A stretch of 64,000 nt of DNA from Thermotogota bacterium (GTDB lineage Bacteria; Bipolaricaulota; Bipolaricaulia; UBA7950; UBA9294), in the NCBI GenBank assembly GCA_039679545.1, contig JBDKUT010000163.1, positions 26,502 to 90,501 on the forward strand. The letters run 5' to 3'. The notes below the pieces were generated by a model, which was not told the origin of the DNA, did no database searches, and saw only the letters and a list, made by a program, of their open reading frames with translations. Positions 1-9,855 of the stretch are shown piece after piece (position 1 is the stretch's first letter; the number at the start of each line of letters is the position of its first letter). The translations under genes and the position numbers were made by a program.

Positions 1-1180
1 ACGAAAGCGCGAACGCCCGCCCGGCCCGTCCCATCGCCTGATAAAAGCTGCCGACGATGGGCTGTAGCGCAAGAAGGGGAATCACTACGACGGTAATCCG
101 TAGTGCCACCGATCCCTCGGCAATCATCGCCGGATCCGAGCTGAACATGGAGAGGAACACGGTCGGCAGGAAGAGGAGCAGCGCCCAGGAGGCGAAAGCC
201 AGTCCGATGGCGAGAACGAGGGCATGCTTGAGTGCTGAGATCACCCGCGGGTAGTTGCCCGCACCGTAGTTGTAGGCGTAGATCGGTTGGGAACCGTCTG
301 CCACACCGAAGACCGGCATCCGGGCGAGGGTGACGATGCGGTTGATGACGCTATAGATCGCGAGCGCCACGCCGCCGCCGTACGCTCCGAGAGTGCGGTT
401 GATAACGACCGCGGCCGCGCTCGAGGCGAAGATCCCGACAAACGAGGGCACTCCTACGCTCACGATCTCCCACGTCGTCCGCGCCTTGGGGACGACGTTG
501 CGCGGAGAGAAGCGAACCGACGTCTTCCTCTGCAGGACGCTGTAGACGTAGTAGGCCACGCCGATGCTCGAGGAAACCACCGTCGCCCAGGCGGCTCCCG
601 CCGTTCCCATGTGGAGCACGAAGATGAAGATCGGCTCGAGGAAGATGTTGAGAATGCCGCCTACGATCATCGGGAGCGTGGCGCGCGACGCGTCCCCCTG
701 CGCGCGGAGAACGGACATGAAGATCGATGGGAAGATGAAGGCGAACGAGCCCGTCAGGACCACGGTCGTGAACGAGTCCGCGTACGGGAGGACGTCCGGC
801 GTCGCCCCAGCGAAGACCAGGAGCGGGCCTCGATAGAGTCGGCCGAGCACCGCCACGAGGATGCTGGCCACTGCTCCAAGCGTTACGGCGTTTCCGAAGG
901 CCCGCTCTGCAAGCTGAAGGTCTCCCTTCCCCAGCGCGCGCGACAAGACGGAGGCGCATCCAGCGCCGATGAATTGCCCGATACCGATGACGACGAGGAA
1001 GATCGGGAACGCAACGCCGATCCCCGCCATGGCCAGGGTTCCCACCCCGCGTCCAACATAGATCGCATCGACAACGTTGTAGAACGCCAGGACGCCGAGT
1101 GAAACGATGGACGGGGTAGCCAGCCGCACAATCAGCTTCCGAATCGGGTCGATCCCGAGCGCCTTCGTCTTGTCCCGCAT
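1..1180 (-). CDS. MATE family efflux transporter (3' end runs off the window)
   Basis: Manual translation from ATG 1180: MRDKTKALGIDPIRKLIVRLATPSIVSLGVLAFYNVVDAIYVGRGVGTLAMAGIGVAFP, a typical MATE N-terminus. Absent from the ORF track because its stop lies outside the window. Confidence 0.9.
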   Translation of the reverse strand, partial: MRDKTKALGIDPIRKLIVRLATPSIVSLGVLAFYNVVDAIYVGRGVGTLAMAGIGVAFPIFLVVIGIGQFIGAGCASVLSRALGKGDLQLAERAFGNAVTLGAVASILVAVLGRLYRGPLLVFAGATPDVLPYADSFTTVVLTGSFAFIFPSIFMSVLRAQGDASRATLPMIVGGILNIFLEPIFIFVLHMGTAGAAWATVVSSSIGVAYYVYSVLQRKTSVRFSPRNVVPKARTTWEIVSVGVPSFVGIFASSAAAVVINRTLGAYGGGVALAIYSVINRIVTLARMPVFGVADGSQPIYAYNYGAGNYPRVISALKHALVLAIGLAFASWALLLFLPTVFLSMFSSDPAMIAEGSVALRITVVVIPLLALQPIVGSFYQAMGRAGRAFALS

Positions 1181-1452
1181 CGGCTCGACTCCTTCTTCCT
1201 TGTGCCCCCCTCACCCGCCGGCGCCCGACGCTCTTCCGAGGCCACGTACCTTTCTCACACCGAAGTTAACCCACGTCGGCGCCCCTCGATCCCCGCTCCC
1301 ATTGTCGCAGATCAGATCCTGCAACGCGAGCGCGCCCCCCCAAAAAAGCTCCTTTCTTCTCGTTAACACGAATCCCCTCGACAAGCGCCACCCGTCCTCA
1401 CGGGCATGGTCCCCAGGCTTTCACGGAATCGACGGCGAAGCCCAATCCTCCG

Positions 1453-3390
1453 CTACGGCCCGAGGCCGATCCGTCGGAGAAGATCGCCGTACCGGGGATC
1501 GGAGCGGCACGAAGCGAGTTTCGGATCCGAGCTCATTTCCGTGAGTTCGTGGTCGTGCGCCGCGTAGGCGCGTTCAAGGAGAGCGAACCCTGCGTCGTTC
1601 CGACCGAGCGCGAAGTAGAAGAGGGCAAGGGCGTAGGGGGCCACGGGGTGGCGCTCGGTGTCCTCGAGAACCTGGCCGAGGCACTTCTCGACCGTGCCCT
1701 TCTCACCCGCAGCTTCGCGGAGTTGCGCCAGAGCGAGGGTGACGTGCGGCTCCGGGAAGCCCGCAAGTTCCTTCGCTTTCTCGAGGTCGGCTCGAGCAAG
1801 ATCATGCCGGCCTTGGCTGAGATAGCATTCCCCCCGATACAGACGCAGGATCAGGTTGTCCGCCCCGAGGTTGAGAGCCATGTCGAATTCGGCAATGGCC
1901 AACCCGAGAGTCCCGGCGCAGTAGTAAACCTGCCCCAACGCGCCGCGCTGCACGGCAGAGAGGGGGTCGAGAGCTTGAGCAGTCTGGAGCGCAGCGATCG
2001 CCTCGTCGAACCGGCACAGCGTGAGAAGGAGCATTCCGAGCCAGTGGTGCGCGCCAGCGTAGCTCGGTGACGACTCGATCGCCGTCCGAAGCTCGCGTTC
2101 GGCGCCGACCCAATCCCATTCCTCCATCAGGCACACAGCGAGGGCGGCGTGCGCCTCCGGCAGGCCTCCGTCAAGAGCGAGGGCCGCGAGCGCGCTCCGT
2201 TTCGCCTTGGCCTGGACATCTTCCGGAACTCGTGCCGTGTAGTTGGGCAGAATCGCGCGAGCCGCACCCAACGCCGCATGCGCCTCGGCGTACGCCGGGT
2301 TGAGCTCGACGGCGCGTTCGAAGCATCCGATGGCGGCTTCGATGTCCGCCGCGGTTCTCTTGGCGAGAAGGGCGCGCCCCTTCAAGTACGCCGCGTACGC
2401 CTCCGGATCAGCGTGCTCGGGCGGTTTCGCACCCCGAGCAGGCTTCGGCGCGAGCTGCACCTCCAGCGCTGACGCCACGCTCCGCGCGACCTCCGTCTGC
2501 ACCGCAAACACATCGTCCAGCGTGCGGTCGTACGCCTCCGACCACAGGTGTCCCTCGCCGACCACGTCGATCAGTTGCAGCGTGATCCGCAGGCGATTCC
2601 CCGCCTTGCGCACACTCCCTTCGAGAACTGCTCCCACCCCGAGTTCATTCCCGATCTCCGCCACCGCCTTCTTCGCCCCGCGGTACTTCATCGCCGATGT
2701 CAGCGCGATCACTTGCAGACCGCTCACCTTCGACAGCGTGAAGATCAACTCCTCCGTCAGCCCGTCGGCGAAATACTCGTCCCCCGCATCGGGGCTCATG
2801 CTCACGAGCGGCAGCACCGCCAGCCGAGACCGATCCGCCGTCCGCCCCACCGGCGCCTCGGTCTGCATCCACGGAAGAAGCATCCCGTAGACCTCGATCG
2901 GCACCTTCACGTTCTTCAGGTCCTTCTTGCCCAGGCTCGCCATCCGCACGTCGATCTTGTTCCACACCTGGTCGTAGACCTGGCGCGATAGGCAGATTCC
3001 TCCCGGCTCGGCCAGCGGCTCGATCCGCGCCGTGATGTTCACCCCGTCGCCGAAGATGTCCCCGGCTCGGTGCACGACGTCTCCCAGGTGAACGCCAATC
3101 CGCACCTGGATCGCTCGATCGAGCGAGACCGCCGCGTTTCGCTCGTAGAGCGCCCGCTGGATTTCGACGGCGCATCGGACGGCCTGGAGCGCGCTCGGGA
3201 ACTCGACGAGAAACCCGTCCCCCGTTCCCTTGACTTCGCGGCCGCTGTGTTCGGCGAACAGCGGCCGAAGGAGCGCCGCGTGCTCCGCGAGCAGGGCCAG
3301 CGTCAGAGCCTCATCCGTTTGCGTCAGTGCCGTGTAGCCGACGACGTCCGTCAGCATGATCGCGGCGAGTTGCCGGATGTCATTCTCCAT
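1453..3390 (-). CDS. Class III adenylate/guanylate cyclase with TolB-N-like and TPR domains
   Basis: AAIMLTDVVGYT, KGTGDGFL, RIGVHLGDV and DIFGDGVNITARIE cyclase motifs, then LAVLPL...YFADGLTEELI and TPR repeats. Start taken at MENDIRQ. Confidence 0.9.
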   Translation of the reverse strand: MENDIRQLAAIMLTDVVGYTALTQTDEALTLALLAEHAALLRPLFAEHSGREVKGTGDGFLVEFPSALQAVRCAVEIQRALYERNAAVSLDRAIQVRIGVHLGDVVHRAGDIFGDGVNITARIEPLAEPGGICLSRQVYDQVWNKIDVRMASLGKKDLKNVKVPIEVYGMLLPWMQTEAPVGRTADRSRLAVLPLVSMSPDAGDEYFADGLTEELIFTLSKVSGLQVIALTSAMKYRGAKKAVAEIGNELGVGAVLEGSVRKAGNRLRITLQLIDVVGEGHLWSEAYDRTLDDVFAVQTEVARSVASALEVQLAPKPARGAKPPEHADPEAYAAYLKGRALLAKRTAADIEAAIGCFERAVELNPAYAEAHAALGAARAILPNYTARVPEDVQAKAKRSALAALALDGGLPEAHAALAVCLMEEWDWVGAERELRTAIESSPSYAGAHHWLGMLLLTLCRFDEAIAALQTAQALDPLSAVQRGALGQVYYCAGTLGLAIAEFDMALNLGADNLILRLYRGECYLSQGRHDLARADLEKAKELAGFPEPHVTLALAQLREAAGEKGTVEKCLGQVLEDTERHPVAPYALALFYFALGRNDAGFALLERAYAAHDHELTEMSSDPKLASCRSDPRYGDLLRRIGLGP

Positions 3391-3656
3391 GGTGTCTTCG
3401 ACCCTCACTGTCGATGGAGCAGTATGGAATGAGCCTCTGCGCGCGGCAAGTGACGTTGTCCCTTCGACCTCGCAAGCCGACCCAGGACGAGAGCACGGCA
3501 AAGCGTTCCCGGGCTCGACGCAGGGCGTCCGCATCGACGCGTCCAAGAGGGGTCTCGGTCCGGCAGGTTCGCTCGGAGATCCGCAGCTATGCGGAGGCGA
3601 ACCCCTCACGCGGTTTGAACGTCCACGTTCGCCGTAGCGTGTCGGCACCGATCCGA

Positions 3657-4953
3657 TCAAGGTCGGCCGGGGTCACCGCGACCCCGAGGGGGCGAGCGCT
3701 TGCGCAACGGCGTCCGGCGCGTAGAGCCCGCGGGAGAAGAAACCGCCCACGAGGTTCGACAAAGCCTGTCTCCATCGCTCCTCCGCGAGGAGGACGTCAA
3801 CCGTTTCGTCGTCCGTTCGTGGCACCCCGCCCCCTGAAGCCTTCGGGGTGAGGCGGTCGCCAGCGCTATCGAGGTGGCTGTGACGAGAACCGGTGAGGAA
3901 TCCGAGGGGGCAGGCCGGCCCGGTGTGATACCCGGGCAATCTCGTTTCCATTGAGTGCAAGCGCGAACTCTCTCCCGCCGTAGACGGAGGACGCGTGCTC
4001 GACACCCCGAGTGAGCGGTAGAGGTCCGTGGGCCGACGGACGATTCGGCGGACCGCGGAGGCATACGCCTCCGACTCGCCCCACGCCAAGGGGACGCCGC
4101 CGAGATCATCCTTGGTGACGAGCCCCTTCTCGTACACCTCGGTGGACCAGGCGAGAATGCCCCCTCACTCAGCGCGTCGAGTCCCTGGTTTTCAACCTCG
4201 TCGGCAAGGCGCAGGATCCCCTCGGGATCGGCGACGCCGAGCAGACGCCCGAGGGCATAGATCAACTCACAATCGTAGCCTAGCGTGGATGTCTTGTAGA
4301 AAGTACGGCTCTTGGGGATGAGACTCCGGAGCGCGGCGAAGTAGATGCAGGCCACCGGGCAGTTGGCTGCAGGCGAGTCGGCGCCCAAGGAAGCGTCTGC
4401 CATCGCCTCACCGGAGATCGCTTCGGCCCCCTCGAACTGCGCCGCTTTGAGATTCCGCGCGGGAGCGCCCCGGACTCGTTCAAGGGAAAGACGTTCATCG
4501 GGGTCCCGAGGTTGTGGTACTTCTTCATGGCGGGCGACGTCGCCGCGGCGCGGAAGAGGGCGTCGTACTCGCGCCGGCACGCCGCCGGATCGGCTACCGA
4601 GAGCGTCCGATTCCCGGCAATCACGATCCCTTTACGCCGCTTGCTCCCGAAGACGGCGCCGAACGGGCCAGCATCGCGGCAGTTCCCGCATCCGATGCAC
4701 AGTTCGGGGTGAAGCCGAACCCCGCTGCCTTCGCGGGGCGTCAGAGCATCCGTGGGGCAAACCGCGCGCAGGGAGGCTCGGCGCAGGCACGGCAAACCAC
4801 AACGGCGAACCCCTTTCGCGTCCTGCCCGCTGATCGGACACCGATCCGCGACCCGGCCGTCCCTCCAACGCTCGCCCGCCGCGCACAAGCGAACAGGCAC
4901 AACTGGCAACCGACACAGCGGTCGACATCGATAACGTACAAGCGCCTGGCCAT
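3657..4953 (-). pseudogene. Decayed 4Fe-4S ferredoxin subunit plus aldehyde:ferredoxin oxidoreductase (AOR) remnant
   Basis: CVGCQLC, CRAC.EPPC, CPTDAL and CIGCGNC fragments lie in different frames. They are followed by AOR-like GAVFGSK, NCPVAC, YDCELIYALG, GLDALS and SHLDSAG split over several frames, far shorter than an intact AOR. Confidence 0.8.
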
Positions 4954-4975
4954 GGCCTCCTTACCTCGAGCCACT

Positions 4976-6517
4976 CTAGAACGGCGGCGTGGAGGAAGCA
5001 ACCGACCGCAGCCGAAGCATGTGCTGTGCCAGGCGATAGCTCACGCCCTTCGGGGTGACCGGGGCGATCTCCCACTCGAGCGTGACGAGCGCCTCGAGGA
5101 AGCGCCGGTCGTGGCTCACAAGGAGGAGCGCGCACTCCGTCTCACGCAGCGCCGATTCGAGGCACTCCACCGACGGCAGATCCATGTGATTGGTCGGCTC
5201 GTCCAGGATGATGAGGTGTGGTTCATCAACCATCCGGACAGCGAGCAAGAGCTTCCGCACCTCGCCGGGACTCGGAGCTCGGCTCTCCAGAACCCTCCGA
5301 GGGTCGGATCCGAGGCGGCTCACCCACTGCATCGCGACGCCGAGGTTTTTCCGGGGAAGGCGCCGTACGTCCTCGAGCAGGCCGGACGAGCTCTCAAGAG
5401 GAAGTTCCTGAGGGACGTAGAGCACTCGCTCGGGCGGAAGCGTCAGTCCCACGACAATGTGGCGGACAAGCGTGCTCTTTCCACTCCCGTTGGGTCCCGT
5501 GAGGGCTATCCGATCCCGGGGCTGAATATTGAGGTCGGGAAACTCCAAACGGCGAGGCGACCCCAGTTCGAGGCTTCCCGCGGCGACTCGCACGACCGCG
5601 TTGCGGTCCGATGGACGGCTGCGGAGGCCGATCCCGAGATCGCGCACCGGGGTTGGCGAGAGGGCCAACTCGCGTTCCGCCGTCTGGCGGAGCCGACCCT
5701 TCAGCTGGCGGAAGCCCTGTCCGGAACCGCGGTCGTGATCGCGTGCGGCCCTCGCCTTCTCCCGCGCGTCGTGATCTCGGGGCGCGACGCCACGCAAAGA
5801 CTTCTCCTGCTCCGCCTTCCACGCGCGGGTTCGACGCGCCTTGACTTCGCGTTCGAGCCTCGCGCACTCCTTTCGGAGCTTCCTGCGAGCCTCGCGCGCT
5901 GCGCTCTCTTCGTCCCGGATGGCACGCATCGCCGCGGTGTACCCGCCGGCGCGAAGCTCGACACCTGGAGGAGACACGAAGAGCGAGTGAGCGCAGAGGC
6001 CGTCCAACAGGTCGCGGTCATGGCTGACCAGAAGTCCGATGCCGCGATACGTCCGCAGCGCCTGCAGAACTCTCTCCCGACCGGCCGCGTCAAGGTGGTT
6101 CGTCGGCTCGTCGGCGGCGAGCAAGTCCGGCTTGAGCCACAGGCTCGTCGCGATCTGCATGCGCTTGCGCTCGCCGTCGGAGAGGGTGTCCCAGCGGCGG
6201 AGCCAATCGTCGTCGATCCCGAGAATGCCGCGCAGTCGAAAGGCCTCCGCGTCGTTCGAAGCGAGGAAGCTCGCCGATTCCGGCATGGGCGCGTCGGTTC
6301 GCTGGGGACAGTACACGCGCGCCGCGGGCGCATCGATCCTCCCGCGGCGGGGAACGAGTTCTCCGCACGCAAGCCGCAGCAGGGTCGTCTTGCCGCACCC
6401 GTTCACACCGATGAAACCTGTCCATCCGGAGCCGACCCCGACCTCGATCCCCGAGAAGAGCGCGTCCGGCGAACCAACGTACGCGAAGGAAACGCTGTGG
6501 AAGATGAGCGACGACAC
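4976..6517 (-). CDS. ABC-F ATPase with long interdomain linker (ARE / ribosome-protection-like)
   Basis: Two NBDs (GVNGCGKTT, LSDGE, ADEPTNHLD; GPNGSGKST, SPGE, LDEPTNHMD), no TM segments, long basic linker. GTG start at 6517 with SD AAGGAGG. Confidence 0.88.
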   Translation of the reverse strand: MSSLIFHSVSFAYVGSPDALFSGIEVGVGSGWTGFIGVNGCGKTTLLRLACGELVPRRGRIDAPAARVYCPQRTDAPMPESASFLASNDAEAFRLRGILGIDDDWLRRWDTLSDGERKRMQIATSLWLKPDLLAADEPTNHLDAAGRERVLQALRTYRGIGLLVSHDRDLLDGLCAHSLFVSPPGVELRAGGYTAAMRAIRDEESAAREARRKLRKECARLEREVKARRTRAWKAEQEKSLRGVAPRDHDAREKARAARDHDRGSGQGFRQLKGRLRQTAERELALSPTPVRDLGIGLRSRPSDRNAVVRVAAGSLELGSPRRLEFPDLNIQPRDRIALTGPNGSGKSTLVRHIVVGLTLPPERVLYVPQELPLESSSGLLEDVRRLPRKNLGVAMQWVSRLGSDPRRVLESRAPSPGEVRKLLLAVRMVDEPHLIILDEPTNHMDLPSVECLESALRETECALLLVSHDRRFLEALVTLEWEIAPVTPKGVSYRLAQHMLRLRSVASSTPPF

Positions 6518-6519
6518 GT

Positions 6520-6700
6520 GCCCTCCTTCGTCTCTAGAGAGACGCACGCGGGCACGCCGTCGAACAAGAGGGAAAAGAGAGACAGGAAAGCAGCCCACGC
6601 GCGTCCATTGCGCGGCTGTACGTCAGCCGCGGATGTTCGCCGCGATCGAGCTACTCCGTCATCGGAATGCCTCCCTGAATCACTGCACTCCAGTATAGCG
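6520..6700 (-). promoter_or_regulatory. Candidate ribosome-mediated attenuator with uORF MTE (6651-6662)
   Basis: On the minus strand: TATACT, GGGAGG-7nt-ATG ACG GAG TAG, hairpin CGCGGCTG/CAGCCGCG (6611-6631), and a pyrimidine tract (about 6566-6590) partly complementary to the ABC-F SD region. Confidence 0.6.
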
Positions 6701-6741
6701 GCCGCATCGGCCGTCGCTCAACGTCCAGGCGAATTCTCGAG

Positions 6742-7725
6742 CTACAGCTTCATTCCCATCGACTTGTTCGACGTGCGGGGGACAAAGCCGAGTGTCTCGG
6801 CTTCGCGAGCGACGGATGGCATCCACGCAGGTACGAAGATCTCAACCCGCAGCGTCGGGCTCTTCGCGAGAACCTCGGAGAGCGCCTTGCGCACAAGGTA
6901 CGGAGCGAGGTCCGCGTGCGCTGGGTCGAGACGGGCTCGGATAGAGTTCGTCCCCTTTCCCTTCTTCGACACCGACCACCCGGCGCGAGCGACGATGACG
7001 TGATCGTGGGTGCGCCGAACGATGACATCGCGATCCCGCGCGGTCTCGAAAAGCGGAGCCACGACGCGAATGGGCCAGGGTGTTCGGTAGCGGCCGGGGG
7101 TGATGGGCTCGAACTCCTGGAGGCCGGCAGGTACGACGCGCTTGTCCATCTCGTAGCGCGTACGCCAGTCGAACTCCGCGAGGGCCTCCTCGACGTAGCC
7201 CGCGGGCAACGGTGGCCGGTCGACGCCTCCGGCCGGCGTGAGCGAGTACCGGGTCGACCCGCCGTACTCGACAAACCCAAGCGAGCGGTAGAGGGACTGT
7301 GCAGGTGTGTTCCCGTCGATCACGCCGAGTCGGACCCGGGAGCCGCCTCTTGCCCGCATCATGTCGAGCGTCGCGACGAGCAGCTGCCGCGCCACGCCGC
7401 GCCCGCGCCACGCCGGGAGGACCCCGACAGTTCCGATGTACCACATGGACGTCGTTCCCTCGCGCTGCGCGATCGTCAGTCCGCAGATCGCTCCGCCGCC
7501 CTCCCACACGAAGCCCCGGATCAGGTCGCGCATCCCGGGAGAGACGAGCGCAAGCGCTCGGACGACCGGCCAGATACGGCGGATCCGCTGTATCCCATCG
7601 ACAAGCTGTTCCTGTTCGTCCGACCGGACACCCCATTCCGGGTGCTCCGGGTACTGGAACGTCTTGACAAGCATGTCGGCGGCGGGGATCAAGTCCCGCG
7701 GCAGACGCAACGGACGTACGGTCAT
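6742..7725 (-). CDS. GNAT family N-acetyltransferase (probably two GNAT folds)
   Basis: VGVLPAWRGRGVARQLL acetyl-CoA motif A and NTPAQSLYRSLGF; SD AAGGAG before MTVRPL. Confidence 0.85.
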   Translation of the reverse strand: MTVRPLRLPRDLIPAADMLVKTFQYPEHPEWGVRSDEQEQLVDGIQRIRRIWPVVRALALVSPGMRDLIRGFVWEGGGAICGLTIAQREGTTSMWYIGTVGVLPAWRGRGVARQLLVATLDMMRARGGSRVRLGVIDGNTPAQSLYRSLGFVEYGGSTRYSLTPAGGVDRPPLPAGYVEEALAEFDWRTRYEMDKRVVPAGLQEFEPITPGRYRTPWPIRVVAPLFETARDRDVIVRRTHDHVIVARAGWSVSKKGKGTNSIRARLDPAHADLAPYLVRKALSEVLAKSPTLRVEIFVPAWMPSVAREAETLGFVPRTSNKSMGMKL

Positions 7726-7965
7726 GATGTCTCCTTCGTGGCGAGGCCCTTCGCCATCTGACGTGGCCGCGACGCCGCACCTGCGGCGCGGGCGGGCCAT
7801 CGTACGTCGTCGAAAAGCGACGTAGCGGTTCAGCGGTCGGCGGCCTTCGCGGCGAGCGCTGTGCCCCGTCTCGCAGGGTCTCTCGAGGGGAAGTCTCCGA
7901 TTCGTCACGGATCCACGATCCTCGCTATAGTCGCGGGGGAACAACCCGAAGGAAAGGAGCCGCGG

Positions 7966-8433
7966 ATGAAGGGAAATGCCAAGGTCATTGCCAAACTGAA
8001 CGCTCGACTGGCCGAGGAATTGGCGGCCGTGAACCAGTACATCCTGCATTCGGAGATGTGCGCGAATTGGGGGTACGGGAAGCTCCACGAGGTGATCGAG
8101 AAGCGGGCGATCGACGAGATGAAGCACGCCGAGATGCTCATCGCGCGCATCTTGTTCCTCGAGGGGAAGCCGACGGTGAGCAAGCTCGCCGACATCCACG
8201 TCGGTGACAAGGTCGAGACGCAGTTCAAGAACGATCTCGCCGCCGAGCACGGCGCCGTCAAGGCGTACAACGACGACATCCGCTCCGCCGACGAGCTGGA
8301 AGACGGCGGAACGCGCGATCTCCTCGAGAAAATCCTGAACGACGAGGAGGACCACGTCGATTGGATTGAGGCCCAGATCGACCAGATCGCGCAGATGGGG
8401 ATTTCGAACTACCTCGCGGAACAGCGCGGCTGA
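7966..8433 (+). CDS. bfr: Bacterioferritin
   Basis: MKGNAKVI...ELAAVNQY, DEMKHA (heme Met and ferroxidase E/H), EEDH. Confidence 0.95.
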   Translation: MKGNAKVIAKLNARLAEELAAVNQYILHSEMCANWGYGKLHEVIEKRAIDEMKHAEMLIARILFLEGKPTVSKLADIHVGDKVETQFKNDLAAEHGAVKAYNDDIRSADELEDGGTRDLLEKILNDEEDHVDWIEAQIDQIAQMGISNYLAEQRG

Positions 8434-8455
8434 CGCCGTACCGCTTGGCCGCGGC

Positions 8456-9019
8456 CTACCCCGCGGAGGCTCGCCTCATCCACTCGGCTCGTGAGATCTC
8501 GTAGACGTAGTGCGGAACGGGCGTCGTGAAGTCCCGCATCAACGCGGGAAACCCAGCGACGCCCTCTCCGACGCGCTTCATCGCCGCCGACTCCTGCATC
8601 CGGATGGAGGCGATGTTCGCCACGTTCGGCGTACCTCGGACAATGACGCACGTTGTGCGCAAGAACGCCTGATCAACAAGCGCCGCCCACAACTCGCGGC
8701 CGTAGCCGCGGCCCCAGAAGGACGGATGAAGCTTGATGTCCGGCTCGCTGACGCCTGACGGACTCGGCTCCCCAAGCATGCACTGGCCAACCGGTTCTCC
8801 GTTGACGCACAGCTCCGCGATGAGGAGCACGTCATCTCCACGGCCGCGCTCGATGCGGCGCGGGACGTCTGTGGCCGCCGTCGGGATTCCGTGTGGGAAG
8901 CCTACGAACCGCATCACTCGAGGATCGCTCCAGAGCGACGCGATGAACGCGGCATCCTCAGGCACGGCGTCCCGGACAACGAGCCGCCGGGTCTCGAGCC
9001 GGACGCGCGTCTTCCTCAC
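8456..9019 (-). CDS. RimJ/RimL-type GNAT acetyltransferase
   Basis: LETRRLVVR, FWGRGYG, NIASIRM; GTG start overlaps the upstream stop (GTGA). Confidence 0.8.
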   Translation of the reverse strand: MRKTRVRLETRRLVVRDAVPEDAAFIASLWSDPRVMRFVGFPHGIPTAATDVPRRIERGRGDDVLLIAELCVNGEPVGQCMLGEPSPSGVSEPDIKLHPSFWGRGYGRELWAALVDQAFLRTTCVIVRGTPNVANIASIRMQESAAMKRVGEGVAGFPALMRDFTTPVPHYVYEISRAEWMRRASAG

Positions 9020-9846
9020 GTCTGGCACCGCGGGCAGACGTAACAGGACCCGCCGAGGTACTGCGTCTTCGCGATCGGAGTGCCGCAGGTCGGACACGGC
9101 CGCCCGGCCGCGCGGCCGTCGAGGAGGGGCACGTAGCGCCCGGGTTCGTCGAAGAGATCCCGTTCGGTGTCACGCCCGCCGAGGTTCGCCGCCTCTTGGA
9201 GCGTCTGGCGAAGCGCGCGGTACAACGCCGCCCTCTCCTCCGGCGAGAGGCTCGACACCTTGCGCTTGGGGCTCAAGCGCGCGCGGAACAGGACGTCCTG
9301 CAGGTACCCATTCCCGATTCCCGCGACGTTCGGCGAGTGCGTCAAGAAGGCCTTGATCGGTTTGTCCTGGCCCGCCGCGTGGCGATCTAGCCGCTCGAAG
9401 AACGCAGCCTCCGTGAACCCGGCGTCGAGCGGCGTAAACGCGAGGGTCCCCGCGTAGGGATGCCGGACGATCTCATCCTGTGTGAGCACGCCGAGGAAAC
9501 CCCACATTTGGATCGCGAGCGAGAAGTGCGACCCGTCGTCGAACTCCGCGATCCAGTGTCGCTTGGCGGGAATCGGCGTCCCCGCGGGGTGGAAGAGAAG
9601 GCGCCCGCCGAACTCGCCGAACAGGAGCGTCCGCCCGTCATCCAGGCTACAGAAGATCCACCGCCCGCGGGAAGTTGCCTCCTCGATACGGCGGCCCGCC
9701 AGGGCGCGTTCGAAGGCGGGCGTGTCGGGCGAAAGGAAGAGGAACTTGGGACGTCCGGCTGGCACTTCCACACGCACGATCGTCCTCCCGACAACCGTCC
9801 CCTCAAGTTGCCGCGCCAGATGGATGACCTCCGGGAGCTCGAACAT
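9016..9846 (-). CDS. Fpg/Nei-family DNA glycosylase-like protein (non-canonical N-terminus)
   Basis: MFELPEV N-terminus, H2TH motif GIGNGY, C-terminal CPTC...CPRC zinc finger. Confidence 0.85.
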   Translation of the reverse strand: MFELPEVIHLARQLEGTVVGRTIVRVEVPAGRPKFLFLSPDTPAFERALAGRRIEEATSRGRWIFCSLDDGRTLLFGEFGGRLLFHPAGTPIPAKRHWIAEFDDGSHFSLAIQMWGFLGVLTQDEIVRHPYAGTLAFTPLDAGFTEAAFFERLDRHAAGQDKPIKAFLTHSPNVAGIGNGYLQDVLFRARLSPKRKVSSLSPEERAALYRALRQTLQEAANLGGRDTERDLFDEPGRYVPLLDGRAAGRPCPTCGTPIAKTQYLGGSCYVCPRCQT

Positions 9847-9855
9847 GCCAACCTC

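Noticed and set aside
3657..4953. Selenocysteine or programmed frameshifting in the AOR region
   Set aside because: Multiple frameshifts plus large deletions fit decay better.
4514..7003. 829-aa plus-strand ORF
   Set aside because: Antisense shadow of the ABC-F and GNAT genes; no motifs. Long shadow ORFs are expected at high GC.
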